Part shown: positions 38,492 through 47,142 of the stretch, in pieces | Layout: the number at the start of each line of letters is the position of its first letter | Position numbering within the stretch: position 1 is the first letter of the stretch | NCBI GenBank assembly: GCA_963797555.1 | Contig: CAWCPV010000006.1 | Span: forward strand, 72,102 to 136,101 | DNA length: 64,000 nt | Direction of reading: 5' to 3' | Origin: an uncultured Gammaproteobacteria bacterium | GTDB lineage: Bacteria > Pseudomonadota > Gammaproteobacteria > CAWCPV01 | Made by a program: the position numbers and the translations under genes | The notes under the pieces: model-generated | Seen by the model: only the letters and a program-made list of their open reading frames with translations | Databases searched by the model: none | What the model was told of the DNA's origin: nothing

Positions 38492-39822
38492 ATGCCCTGG
38501 CCGAGGAGCTGGCCGCCATCGACTTGGGTGATGCGCGCCTCAACCGCCGGGCGCGACGCACCCTGGAGAAGCTGGGAGCCCATCCCATGCAGAGCATTCC
38601 CACCGCCTGTGGCGGCTGGGCCGAGACCTTGGCGGCTTATCGGCTGTTCGACCATCCCCAGGTCACCGCCCAGGCGGTGCTCGAGCCCCATTACGCCTGC
38701 ACCGAGCAGCGTATGCGCGAATACTCGGTGGTGCTGTGCATCCAAGACACCACGGAAGGGGACTATAGCGGCAAGAACGACATCGTCGGGCTGGGCCCGC
38801 TCAACTACGAGACCCGCCGTGGATTGTACCTGCACCCCACCCTCGCCGTGACCCCCGAGCGGGTGCCCTTGGGGCTATTGGATCTATGGAGCTGGACCCG
38901 CGAGGCGGGCAGTCTGGGCAAGGAGCAGGGCCGCCGGCCCATCGAGGAAAAAGAGAGCCTGCGCTGGCTGGAGGGTTATCGACGCGTCTCGGAGCTCATC
39001 GAGTCCCTGCCCGAGACCCAGTTGGTCTATGTCGCCGACCGCGAGGCCGACATCTACGAGGTGCTCGCGGAACGCGCCGCCACGCAGCCCTGCGCCGAGT
39101 GGCTCATCCGCGCCGAGCGCGCCCGGCTCGCAAGCGCGCCGGTGCTGGCCGAGGCCGAATTCGACCTGCCCGCCACCGCTAGGCGTCCGGCGCGGCGCAT
39201 CCACCAGCAACTGCGCGTCGCACGCCTCACTTTCAAGGCCCCGCATCGCTCGGACCGCACCCTGGCGGACATCGAGGTGAGCGCCGTGCTGGCCCGCGAG
39301 GTGGACCCGCCCCAGGGCGAGGAGCCCATCGAGTGGCTGCTCCTCACCAGCCTCCCCGTCGAGACCGCCGAGCAGGCCCTGGAGAAGCTCCAATGGTACC
39401 TCTGCCGGTGGCAAATCGAGGTGTTCTTCAAGATCCTCAAAAGCGGCTGCCGCATCGAGAAGCTGCAGCTCGAGACCCTCGAACGCCTGGAGCCCGCGCT
39501 CGCCTTCTACCTCATCATCGCCTGGCGGGTGCTCTACCTCACCCTGCTCGGGCGCGACTGCCCGCAGATGCCCTGCAACGTGGTGTTCGCCGAGGAGGAA
39601 TGGCGCGCGGTGTATATCGTCACCAAGCGCCAGCCCCCGCCTGAGACACCCCCCTCGCTCGATGCGATGGTGCGTATGGTGGCGAGCTTCGGCGGCTTCC
39701 TCAATCGCAAGGGCGACGGCTTCCCGGGTCCGCAAAGCCTGTGGATCGGGCTGCAGCGAACCCGCGACTTCGTGCTCGCCATGGACGCACAACGGGCCTC
39801 ACAGAGCCCGAGATGTGTATAA
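38488..39822 (+). CDS. IS4-family (IS50/Tn5-like) transposase
   Basis: N-terminal LGDARLNRRA DNA-binding motif. DDE residues in context (IQDTTE, VADREADIYE) and a YLCRWQIEVFFKILKSGC signature. The stop codon lies inside the right IR, as in IS50. Confidence 0.85.
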   Translation: MNALAEELAAIDLGDARLNRRARRTLEKLGAHPMQSIPTACGGWAETLAAYRLFDHPQVTAQAVLEPHYACTEQRMREYSVVLCIQDTTEGDYSGKNDIVGLGPLNYETRRGLYLHPTLAVTPERVPLGLLDLWSWTREAGSLGKEQGRRPIEEKESLRWLEGYRRVSELIESLPETQLVYVADREADIYEVLAERAATQPCAEWLIRAERARLASAPVLAEAEFDLPATARRPARRIHQQLRVARLTFKAPHRSDRTLADIEVSAVLAREVDPPQGEEPIEWLLLTSLPVETAEQALEKLQWYLCRWQIEVFFKILKSGCRIEKLQLETLERLEPALAFYLIIAWRVLYLTLLGRDCPQMPCNVVFAEEEWRAVYIVTKRQPPPETPPSLDAMVRMVASFGGFLNRKGDGFPGPQSLWIGLQRTRDFVLAMDAQRASQSPRCV

Positions 39823-40230
39823 GGACATGCCTTGATGCCCTATCAGACCGTGCCTGGAACCGCAATTGCTGCGGGTATTTTTCAGTATCTCGTAAGGCTG
39901 GCGACGCGATGTCGGGACATGGCAGCCCGAAGCCAGGACAGCTTGAACTGTTGCGCCAACATCGCCCGTGCGAACCTTGCGACGTAGCAAGATTGAGATC
40001 TGCCCGGCGAGCGCCCACGTGGACCGCGAGCCGGTAGGGTCCACCAGCTCCCCAAGCCTGGCAATCGCGGAATCTCGCAACTGACGGGCGCCCGGGCCCG
40101 CCAGATCCAGGGCGTGCTCTAGGTCCTCACCGGACTGCCAACGGGTCAACGCCTCCGTGATCCAGCCGGCGAGACCCGGGTCGTGGACCCGGGCCAGCGC
40201 GACGAGCTGGTTGAGCCGAGATCGGCTCAT
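39799..40230 (-). CDS. Hypothetical protein (143 aa as read); the last 10 or so codons come from the inserted IS
   Basis: The ORF runs across the IS right junction at 39829/39830, so its native C-terminus is replaced. Confidence 0.35.
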   Translation of the reverse strand: MSRSRLNQLVALARVHDPGLAGWITEALTRWQSGEDLEHALDLAGPGARQLRDSAIARLGELVDPTGSRSTWALAGQISILLRRKVRTGDVGATVQAVLASGCHVPTSRRQPYEILKNTRSNCGSRHGLIGHQGMSLYTSRAL

Positions 40231-40430
40231 CTTGGAATGGGCGATGCCGTCGGTGGTGATGTCGGTGGTGGTTGTGGTCGCACCGAATGTGCGCCAAGGA
40301 CCGCATGAGCGTGGAGCAGCGAGGTCAACGCCTTGTCGGCCGCCTCGAAGGAGGCGATAACATCGCCCTTGTGCGCCGGCTTTAGGTGGCCTTCAATCTC
40401 GTCATACAGCGTTTGAAGTTGAATCAGCAT
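40227..40430 (-). CDS. Hypothetical protein (67 aa)
   Basis: MLIQLQTLYDEIEGHLK... An AGGTG SD is present. ATGA overlap with the downstream ORF at 40227-40230. Confidence 0.35.
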   Translation of the reverse strand: MLIQLQTLYDEIEGHLKPAHKGDVIASFEAADKALTSLLHAHAVLGAHSVRPQPPPTSPPTASPIPR

Positions 40431-40444
40431 AATCGCGCACCTCG

Positions 40445-40978
40445 CTATTGTGGAATTTGGACGTCCCACGCCTGCGCCAACTCGATGCAGACGGCGCGTC
40501 CTTCGGCCTTCAGCTTCTCGTACACGGCGCGCTCGTCGGTCTCGGCTGCCAAAATTGGCGCGAGTCTATCGGCCAGCGCTAATATACGGTCGCGAGCGGT
40601 GCGGGCACCCATAAACGCTGTGGTCTCGACGCGGCTTCGCTCCACCAGCTCGCCGGCGCGCTCGCGAATCCGCATGTCGATCAATTCGCGCTGACTCTTG
40701 GCAAGCTGCGCTCTCTCTTGGTCAAGGCGAAGGTGAATGTCGGCCACTTGCTCCCCGAAGTCCTCACGGATCTTTTGGCGCACAGCCCAAAGGACCACGC
40801 TTCTCGGGTCGAATCGGTGCGCTTGCCCGCGCCGGCCGCGTTCCCAAATTGGAAGCGGGTCGTTCCTGCGCGTGGTAAGCGTCGTCAGCCATCGCGGCGT
40901 AATACCCCCAAGCACATAACGGGTTTGCTCGGAGCTCCACAGGTAGGAACCGGGCGTTAATTTGGCGTTGTCATCCAA
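40445..40978 (-). CDS. Nu1-like terminase small subunit / DNA-packaging protein
   Basis: Same architecture as lambda Nu1: N-terminal HTH, FDPRSVVLWAV, then LDQERAQLAKSQRELIDMRIRERAGELVERSRVETTAF (compare lambda ERHRLTRAQADAQELKNARDSAEVVETAF). Confidence 0.6.
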   Translation of the reverse strand: MDDNAKLTPGSYLWSSEQTRYVLGGITPRWLTTLTTRRNDPLPIWERGRRGQAHRFDPRSVVLWAVRQKIREDFGEQVADIHLRLDQERAQLAKSQRELIDMRIRERAGELVERSRVETTAFMGARTARDRILALADRLAPILAAETDERAVYEKLKAEGRAVCIELAQAWDVQIPQ

Positions 40979-41063
40979 CGTACGAACTCCTTAGGGAAGT
41001 GTTAGCCTACGGATTTATCGCCGGCTTGCTCGCTCGCAGCGAAGGGACGCCAGGAGAACCTAG

Positions 41064-41540
41064 TCATCGCAGCCCGCCCTCCGCCAGCGCCGCCAACACA
41101 TCGCCGTGACACGGGAGCGGAGAACACCAGCAGCCCAAGCGTTTTCCTCGAAGCTCTGGCAGCCGGGCCATCAGCTCCGGTTGGGTCAGTATCCAAGCCC
41201 GGTACTTCGCGATGACCTCCGCGCGATCCCCGTCGCGGCCGATGCGATAGGGGTTCGCCCATGGGGATGCGGGCAATCCAAGGCGCGGGACGGCGCGGCC
41301 AATGTACACGTTGTATGGCTCACGCTGGCAGTGCACCACACTTGTCGTGCTCACGCGGTCCGCCCAGGGCTCCACCGTCGCGTCCGGATACACCTTGGCG
41401 ATGATGGCGCGGGCCTCAGCCGGAATGGCGGCCGGCACGAAGTCGAAGGTGCGGGTGGTGCCGTCCGGGAGGGAGGCGAGAAAGCGCCAGGCTTTTGGCA
41501 CTTCTGGCACTGCCTGGTGTGGCACATCCGTGAATTTCAT
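41064..41540 (-). CDS. DUF4326 domain protein
   Basis: C-terminal VVHCQREPYNVYIGR...SPWANPY...RLGCWCSPLPCHGDVL. Start set at ATG 41540 (SD AAGGGGG). The ORF can be read up to 41747, but that part is low-complexity and coincides with a repeat array. Confidence 0.55.
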   Translation of the reverse strand: MKFTDVPHQAVPEVPKAWRFLASLPDGTTRTFDFVPAAIPAEARAIIAKVYPDATVEPWADRVSTTSVVHCQREPYNVYIGRAVPRLGLPASPWANPYRIGRDGDRAEVIAKYRAWILTQPELMARLPELRGKRLGCWCSPLPCHGDVLAALAEGGLR

Positions 41541-41693
41541 ACCCCCTTCGACGGCCTCTTCCACCCGGTCATCGACACCATGAATTTTTGCGGATGTGCC
41601 AGGGGGGGTAGTGCCAAAAGTGCCAGAAGGGTCACTTTTCAGGCTTTCGGCACTTCTGGCACTGGGGGGTGTGCCACATTTCAGAATTTTCAG
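41488..41693. repeat. Iteron-like array: two 53-bp direct repeats plus nine TGGCAC/GTGCCA hexamers
   Basis: Units at 41488-41540 and 41640-41693 share CAGGCTTTyGGCACTTCTGGCACTG...GTGTGsCACAT...AATTTyCA. The palindromic core is GGCACTTCTGGCAC. Hexamers start at 41496, 41505, 41520, 41596, 41611, 41620, 41649, 41657 and 41671. Confidence 0.55.
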
Positions 41694-41719
41694 TCTGGCG
41701 ATAGCGTCCATGGTCGTGG

Positions 41720-43462
41720 TCAGATCAGGCTCGGGTGGATGGTCCATACGGTCGTTTTTCTGCCCCCGGTCTCGACAGTCTCCCCCCTAACCCAGCCGTG
41801 ATCAGCTAATACTTCCAGTGCGTCATCGGTGCCGGTGCGGTCTAGCAACCGCCAATGATGGCGGTATATCTCCCGAGCTGTGACTGGGCTTACCACGTCC
41901 CGGGCGAGGATGTGTTGAGCCAGCTCGCGTGCACAAGCTAAGTCGGGGTCCAGTGCCGTGGCGTATAGCCTTCTGGCATGGCATTCCAGGTACTCAGCCC
42001 ACGCGATAGCAGCGACTAGCGGCGTCTCACCGACCGGTCCGGTGCCCATGTCGGCAAGATGGATCAGCAGTGCCAGCGACGGGATCAAGCTTCGATACTT
42101 CGCCAGGTGCGCCTCAAAGGCAACGTGCTCCTCTTCGTCCCTCAGCCTCTTTTCCAGCCCCGCGCGCCATGCGTTGAACACGCTTTGCGCGTCCTCAGCA
42201 AATCGCAGGAAGGGGATGCTGCCCTCTTCATGGGTCGCTCCGATGGCGGCCGGCACGAGGCTGTCCATCCGTGTGAACACATCCCACGCGGCACGCCTGG
42301 CCTCCGTGTCTGGCCAACGGTCCACATGGCGCCAATCACCAGATACGTCGGGCCAGACAACGAGCTGAAAACGCTGCAAGAGACCGTCGTCTCCTACGCC
42401 TCCGGCGAGCGCACCACGCAGGTATTCTTGCAGGGGGCCAGGCTGAATGCCCCCGAGAACAGAAACGCAACACGACTCGATGTCGATAGTGCCGCGTCCA
42501 ATTCGGTCAAACGTATAACGCCCGCTGCCGTTCCACGCCTCTAGAAAAAATGCCCGAGAACACTCCCAGCCCTCCCGGTCCAAAGATCGCAGCAGCCCAG
42601 TCAGCTCGTCGCGGAACAGCAGCAAGCCCCGCGGGTTTGCAGCCAGAAGTTCGCCCAGCGCCTCGACCGTGCTGTCGTTCGCTACGTATCGGCAGCGCCG
42701 GGGCGGGCCTTCCTCGTCAACCGTCGCTGCGGTCGCAAGTCGGTATGCTTCCTCTTCGTCGCCTCGCTTCAATGCCGAGTCAATGGCTTTTTGAGCCTTC
42801 TTCGCGGCTGACTTGTCCACCACTGAGCCGGCCTTGCTGCGAAGCAACGCCTCGTCGTATGTCTCCTTGGCGACGTGCTCCAGACGGAGAAGAGGCCGCG
42901 TCGCCTCGGCAAGCGCTGGGGTCTTGAGAAGCCCCGGCCGACCGATGACGCCACCCCATAAATTTGGGATGACTAGCCAATCATCGCGCCGCTTTGGACG
43001 AATACCGATCTGCCGGCCGACAACCGCAGCGAGCGACACCATGGATGCCACGGCAGGAAAGTCCGGGGGGCATTGCATCCTCTCCGCAATGTCCTCCACC
43101 CATGGGCGGAACGCGTCTGGCATCAAGATCGGGTCGAAGCTCGGCACGCTGGGCAGACCATCAGGGAGCGGCTCTGGGTTGGGCCAGTCAAGATGATCCG
43201 CCCCGTTCGCCCGTTGGTCAGTGCCGTTCGCCCGCAGTCCTAGCCTCTGGGCCAGCCACTGCGCCGCGGCCTTGGGCGCGCTGGCGCTGCCGAACCGCAG
43301 CACGACATCGATAGGCGTCAGTCCGTCCTCTTCCCCAAAGTCTCGGATACCCTGGGGCAGCAGGCTCAAGTCCTCCTCCAGGTCGCGTCCCAGGTCCTTC
43401 GACGAGACTCGATACCCGTCCTGATGCGCGCGCACTGGGGAACAGCTCCGGTGCCCACGCAC
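41720..43462 (-). CDS. DUF3987 (YfjI-like) replication/helicase-loader-type protein of mobile elements
   Basis: VIPNLWGGVIGRPGLLKTPAL (P-loop-like), DELTGLLRSLDREG, SVLGGIQPGPL. The true start is uncertain because the first 30 or so codons overlap the upstream ORF in another frame. Confidence 0.65.
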   Translation of the reverse strand: MRGHRSCSPVRAHQDGYRVSSKDLGRDLEEDLSLLPQGIRDFGEEDGLTPIDVVLRFGSASAPKAAAQWLAQRLGLRANGTDQRANGADHLDWPNPEPLPDGLPSVPSFDPILMPDAFRPWVEDIAERMQCPPDFPAVASMVSLAAVVGRQIGIRPKRRDDWLVIPNLWGGVIGRPGLLKTPALAEATRPLLRLEHVAKETYDEALLRSKAGSVVDKSAAKKAQKAIDSALKRGDEEEAYRLATAATVDEEGPPRRCRYVANDSTVEALGELLAANPRGLLLFRDELTGLLRSLDREGWECSRAFFLEAWNGSGRYTFDRIGRGTIDIESCCVSVLGGIQPGPLQEYLRGALAGGVGDDGLLQRFQLVVWPDVSGDWRHVDRWPDTEARRAAWDVFTRMDSLVPAAIGATHEEGSIPFLRFAEDAQSVFNAWRAGLEKRLRDEEEHVAFEAHLAKYRSLIPSLALLIHLADMGTGPVGETPLVAAIAWAEYLECHARRLYATALDPDLACARELAQHILARDVVSPVTAREIYRHHWRLLDRTGTDDALEVLADHGWVRGETVETGGRKTTVWTIHPSLI

Positions 43463-44196
43463 TCGAGATCCGCCAGCGCGAGCGCGTTCACCCGCGCGAA
43501 CCAGTCCAGCGGTCCCCTGGGGCCGGCAGCCTGGTGCCGCTCCTCCTTCGGTGCCTCCGCGAGCAGGGCTTCCACGTCAACGGGGCCGCCCTCGAAGCGG
43601 TAGACATCGGCCTGGAGTGGTGGGCAGTAGAGGGGCTGCGCCGGCCTGTAGACGGCGCGGTCCCACTTGAAGCATCCGCCTCCCAGCTCCCGCTCGATGC
43701 GGGCCTCGATGGCGATACACACTCGCTCGGCCTCGGCGGGGGTCATCTCCCGGTCGGTCTCCAGAACGAACCTGCACCTGGGGGAAACGGCGGTGTGACT
43801 GGCGGTCGTGTAGGCGAACCCCTGGGACCGCTGCAGCCAGGAAACCAGCGCCGCGAAGCCCTCGGGGTCCGTCCCGTCGACATCGAAAGCGACGAAGCGC
43901 CGTGGCAGGGCGTCGTCTTTGCAGCGGTGGTGCCTTCCGTCTCCGTTCGCGCGGAAGGGGCCGCAGATGTACTGCCTGCCCTTCGCTCGCGCACGGTCGG
44001 CCAGCACGGTGGACGCGAACTCAGCGAACGTGCTGGCAGTGCGCTGAATAGGGTAGGCGTCGGTCTTGCTGCCACCGCGGGAGTATCGAACCGTGCTATC
44101 CTGCGGTGTGTCTGTGTCGTCCCCTGCGGCCTCGTCCGGTGCCCTCCGGTCGGGGCCGCGCTCGTTTGGGGGTCCAGCTCGGGGCGGGGCGGTCAT
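43366..44196 (-). CDS. Archaeo-eukaryotic-primase (AEP)-like replication protein
   Basis: Candidate AEP motifs: FVAFDVDG (DxD), YTTASH (sxH), KWDRAVY. The C-terminal 30 or so codons overlap the DUF3987 ORF, so a frameshifted fusion is possible. Confidence 0.45.
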   Translation of the reverse strand: MTAPPRAGPPNERGPDRRAPDEAAGDDTDTPQDSTVRYSRGGSKTDAYPIQRTASTFAEFASTVLADRARAKGRQYICGPFRANGDGRHHRCKDDALPRRFVAFDVDGTDPEGFAALVSWLQRSQGFAYTTASHTAVSPRCRFVLETDREMTPAEAERVCIAIEARIERELGGGCFKWDRAVYRPAQPLYCPPLQADVYRFEGGPVDVEALLAEAPKEERHQAAGPRGPLDWFARVNALALADLECVGTGAVPQCARIRTGIESRRRTWDATWRRT

Positions 44197-44382
44197 GTCA
44201 CGCAGCCTCGCCCGCGTCGAAGCGCCGCGTCCGCCGCGCTAAAAGCGCGTTAAGGTCACTCAGACGGTACTGACAGGTCCGCCCCACGCGGATGTAAGGC
44301 AACGCGTTGCGGCCGCTCGATGCCCAAAGCTCTAGGGTTCGAACCGGAACGCGGAGATACTTTGCGGCTTCTTCGCGAGTTA

Positions 44383-46392
44383 GCCCGACTTCGCGGATTC
44401 GCACGGCGATTGGCCCGCTGGCCAGGGGTAAGTGATTGTTTGTGGGGACCGTGGTGAGCCAAAAAGGGTTGAAACGCGCTGTAGTGAAGACCTTGCTTGT
44501 TTTCAAGGGGAAAAATCTGCGGATAATGATGTTCCATCATGTTTCTACGGGCCACGACGCGGAAGAAAGACGGCAAGGAGCACCGTTACTGGAGTATTGT
44601 CGAGAATAGGCGCCTGAGCGGTGGGCGCGTGCTGCAACGGCATGTGCTGTATTTGGGTGAGATCAACTCCTCGCAGGAGTTGGCGTGGCGCAAATCCATT
44701 GAGGTGTTCGAAGACGGGGCGCTGACACCGCGCACGATGTCGTTGTTTCCCGAGGAGCGATCTGAAGAGCTGTCGAGGGATGCTTCGGTGGTACGTTTGC
44801 GGCTGAAAGAATTGCGGCTGTGCCGACCGCGGCAGTGGGGTGCGTGTTGGCTGGCGCTGCAACTGTGGGAGGAATTGCAGTTAGATCGCTTCTGGTGGGA
44901 ACGGTTAACGCCGAGTCGCAAGGGCACTCGGTGGGATCAGGTGTTATTCGTGCTCGTGGCCTATCGGTTGCTGGCACCGGGCAGCGAGTGGCGGTTGCAC
45001 CGGGAGTGGTTTGGCCGTACGGCCTTGACGGATTTGCTCGGAGCGGATGCGGCGCTCTCCGACAGCCACCGGCTGTATGTCTGTCACGACCGCTTGCTGG
45101 AGCACAAGGCGGCGGTCTTTGACCATCTGGTGCGGCGGTGGCGGGATCTGTTCAATGCCACCTTCGAGGTGCTGCTCTACGACCTCACGAGCACCTACTT
45201 TGAGTGTGAGCCCCCGCAGTCGGAGCAGGACAAACGACGATTCGGCCACTCGCGCGATAAGCGCAGGGACTGTGTGCAGGTGGTGATCGCCTGGGTGGTG
45301 ACCCCGGAAGGCTTGCCCTTGGCCTATGAAGTGTTGGCGGGCAATACGGCCGACAAGACGACGTTGAAGGAGTTCCTCGCGCGCATTGAGCGTCAGTACG
45401 GAAGAGCGCAGCGGATTTGGGTGATGGACCGCGGCATTCCGACCGAAGCGGTGCTGGAAGAGATGCGCGCAAGTCGCCCGCCAGTGCACTGACCTGGTGG
45501 GCACGCCCAAGGGGCGGCTCAGCAAATTGGAGAGCGCGCTGCTGCTCAAGCCGTGGCGGGAAGCGCGCCCCGGCGTAGCCGTGAAACTGTTGGCGCAGGA
45601 TGGGGAGCTGTATGTGTACGCGCAAAGTGAACAGCGCGTGGCGAAGGAGCGTGCGATACGACGGCGCAAGCTGAAGTGGTTATGGGCGCGGTTGAAGAAA
45701 CTCGCGACCATGCAGCTCACCCGCGAGCAACTGCTGATGAAGCTCGGTGCGGCGCGCCAACACGGCCCAGCGGTATGGCGCTTGGTTCAACTGGAGGTCG
45801 ACCCCAAGGACGCCACGTTTAGCTACCGCCTGCGCCGCGATAAGCTGCGTGAAGTGCGCCGGCGCGAAGGACGGTATCTGCTGCGCACCAATCTCACCGA
45901 CACCGATCCCGCCAAGCTATGGGGGTTTTACCTGCAACTGGTGGCGGTGGAAGAAGCGTTCAAGAATCTCAAGGGGGATTTGGCCATTCGGCCAATCTTT
46001 CATCAACACATCGAGCGTATCGAAGCCCATATCTTCATTGCCTTTCTTGCCTATTGTCTGCATGTCACGCTCGGGCGACGTTTGCATGCGCTCGCGCCTG
46101 GATTAACCACGCGCAGCGTGCTGGAGAAATTCGCCGCCGTGCAGATGGTCGACGCACAGGTGCCGACCACCGATGGGCGCGAATTGACGTTCACCCGCTA
46201 CACCCAACCTGAGCCAGAACTGCAACTGCTCCTCGCGCAGTTGAAGCTCGAACTGCCCGCACCACCAGCTCCGAAAATCAGCACCGCCCACACTGCCTCA
46301 GCCGCCGCGATGTAGTGCAGACCTTGCCAGGCGCCCTCTCGCAATTTCAACCACTTACGCTATCCCTACCCCGCGAATCCGCGAAGTCGGGC
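44383..46392 (+). mobile_element. IS1634-like (IS4 superfamily) element with perfect 20-bp IRs
   Basis: The left IR GCCCGACTTCGCGGATTCGC (44383-44402) is the exact reverse complement of 46373-46392. TA flanks both ends (44381-82 and 46393-94). Confidence 0.8.
44539..46315 (+). pseudogene. IS1634-family transposase, frameshifted at 45490
   Basis: The N-terminal MFLRATTRKKDGKEHRYWSIVENRR... runs to ...EEMRASRPPVH then TGA. The next frame continues LVGTPKGRLSKLE... CACTGACCTGGTG looks like CACTACCTGGTG with 1 nt inserted. Confidence 0.75.
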
Positions 46393-46488
46393 TAGGCGCG
46401 GGTCCGGGTCAACGAAAGGCATTTTTGCTCACCTCACGGGCTGTCAACTTGCGGTGAGATGAGTAAAACAGCGAAGGCGGCCTTGAAC

Positions 46489-47142
46489 TTAGCTCGTGTC
46501 CGTTTTTTTGTTGAGAATGCGCCGAACCTGGCGCACGCTCTTGTCCACGCGGCGTGCAATTTTTGACGCCCACTCGTGACGTGGGGTCGTTCCTGCCCGC
46601 TCGAAGGCTCCGGCCGCGTTCAGGACGCGGGCCTCGGTGTTCCTGCCCCGCACGATGCCGGCGTTGACCCCCCCTTTGTGGCGCCCTGTTTGCACGCGAC
46701 GCCCGTGCCCCGCGTTGGTCTCGTGGGGCCTGACATGAGCCCTGCCCACTGCGAGCCCCAGGTTGACCGCAAGATGAGCGAGCAACCTCCGGTCCGCTGC
46801 GCGGTCCCCGATGGCCTGCTTGACGTGCTCGCAGCCCTCTAACACATCCCTGGCGTCGCGGCCTTCGTCGGGTAGGCTCGTCCGGTCCAGGGTCCGCCAC
46901 AGCCGGGCGTCATAGCCGAGACGCTCAAGCCTTCGTCTGGCCTCTGCCTCCCAGGAGGCCAGGATAGCGGGAAACCGTGCGGCGCTGGTCTCGTTGAACT
47001 GCCTCAGCGCCTCTTCCCTGTCGTGCTCCCGCTCCCGCCACTTCTTCCACCAGCGCTTGGGTGTCGCCGGCCACTTCTCTAACGGCTCCGGGCCAAGCGG
47101 CTCGGTTTGCTCCTCGAAGAACTCAGAAACGCGCCGGGTCAT
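46489..47142 (-). CDS. Hypothetical protein (217 aa) with a C-terminal HTH-like segment
   Basis: ATGA overlap with the integrase stop at 47139-47142. C-terminal KIARRVDKSVRQVRRILNKK. No family recognised. Confidence 0.45.
   Translation of the reverse strand: MTRRVSEFFEEQTEPLGPEPLEKWPATPKRWWKKWREREHDREEALRQFNETSAARFPAILASWEAEARRRLERLGYDARLWRTLDRTSLPDEGRDARDVLEGCEHVKQAIGDRAADRRLLAHLAVNLGLAVGRAHVRPHETNAGHGRRVQTGRHKGGVNAGIVRGRNTEARVLNAAGAFERAGTTPRHEWASKIARRVDKSVRQVRRILNKKTDTS

Larger units (their letters stand above)
37510..39829 (+). mobile_element. IS50/Tn5-like (IS4 family) element carrying two translationally coupled ORFs (DUF4338 protein plus transposase)
   Basis: Left end is CATGGCGTTATACACATCT. 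Right end is AGATGTGTATAAGGACATG, which closely resembles the Tn5 mosaic end AGATGTGTATAAGAGACAG. 16 of 19 IR positions match. A 7-bp direct repeat CCTTGAT flanks it at 37503-09 and 39830-36. Confidence 0.8.
44198..46422 (-). pseudogene. AlpA/excisionase-type HTH gene split by an IS insertion (5' part 46395-46422, 3' part 44198-44380, joined through one copy of the duplicated TA)
   Basis: Removing 44383-46394 joins ATGCCTTTCGTTGACCCGGACCCGCGCC-TA-ACTCGCGAA... This gives an intact 70-aa ORF MPFVDPDPRLTREEAAKYLRVPVRTLELW...AGEAA with SD GAGGTGA. The annotated 102-aa ORF (44198-44506) reads its N-terminus from IS sequence. Confidence 0.6.

Noticed and set aside
38884-39792. 302-aa minus-strand ORF inside the IS4 transposase, with similar shadows at 50255-51250, 55558-56739, 57083-58132 and 49160-50206
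   Set aside because: These are antisense to recognisable transposase genes and have low-complexity composition.
41496-41676. TGGCAC hexamers as sigma-54 (-24) promoter elements
   Set aside because: None is followed by TTGC at the required N5 spacing. The hexamers occur in both orientations as parts of a palindrome and direct repeats, which fits protein-binding iterons better.
41541-41747. N-terminal extension of the DUF4326 ORF (to 227 aa)
   Set aside because: The extension is low-complexity and coincides with the repeat array. A good SD and ATG exist at 41540.
44198-44506. 102-aa ORF taken at face value as an AlpA-family protein
   Set aside because: Its first 40 or so codons (44383-44506) lie inside the IS1634-like element, starting with its terminal inverted repeat. 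The native 5' end is found 2 kb away at 46395-46422.
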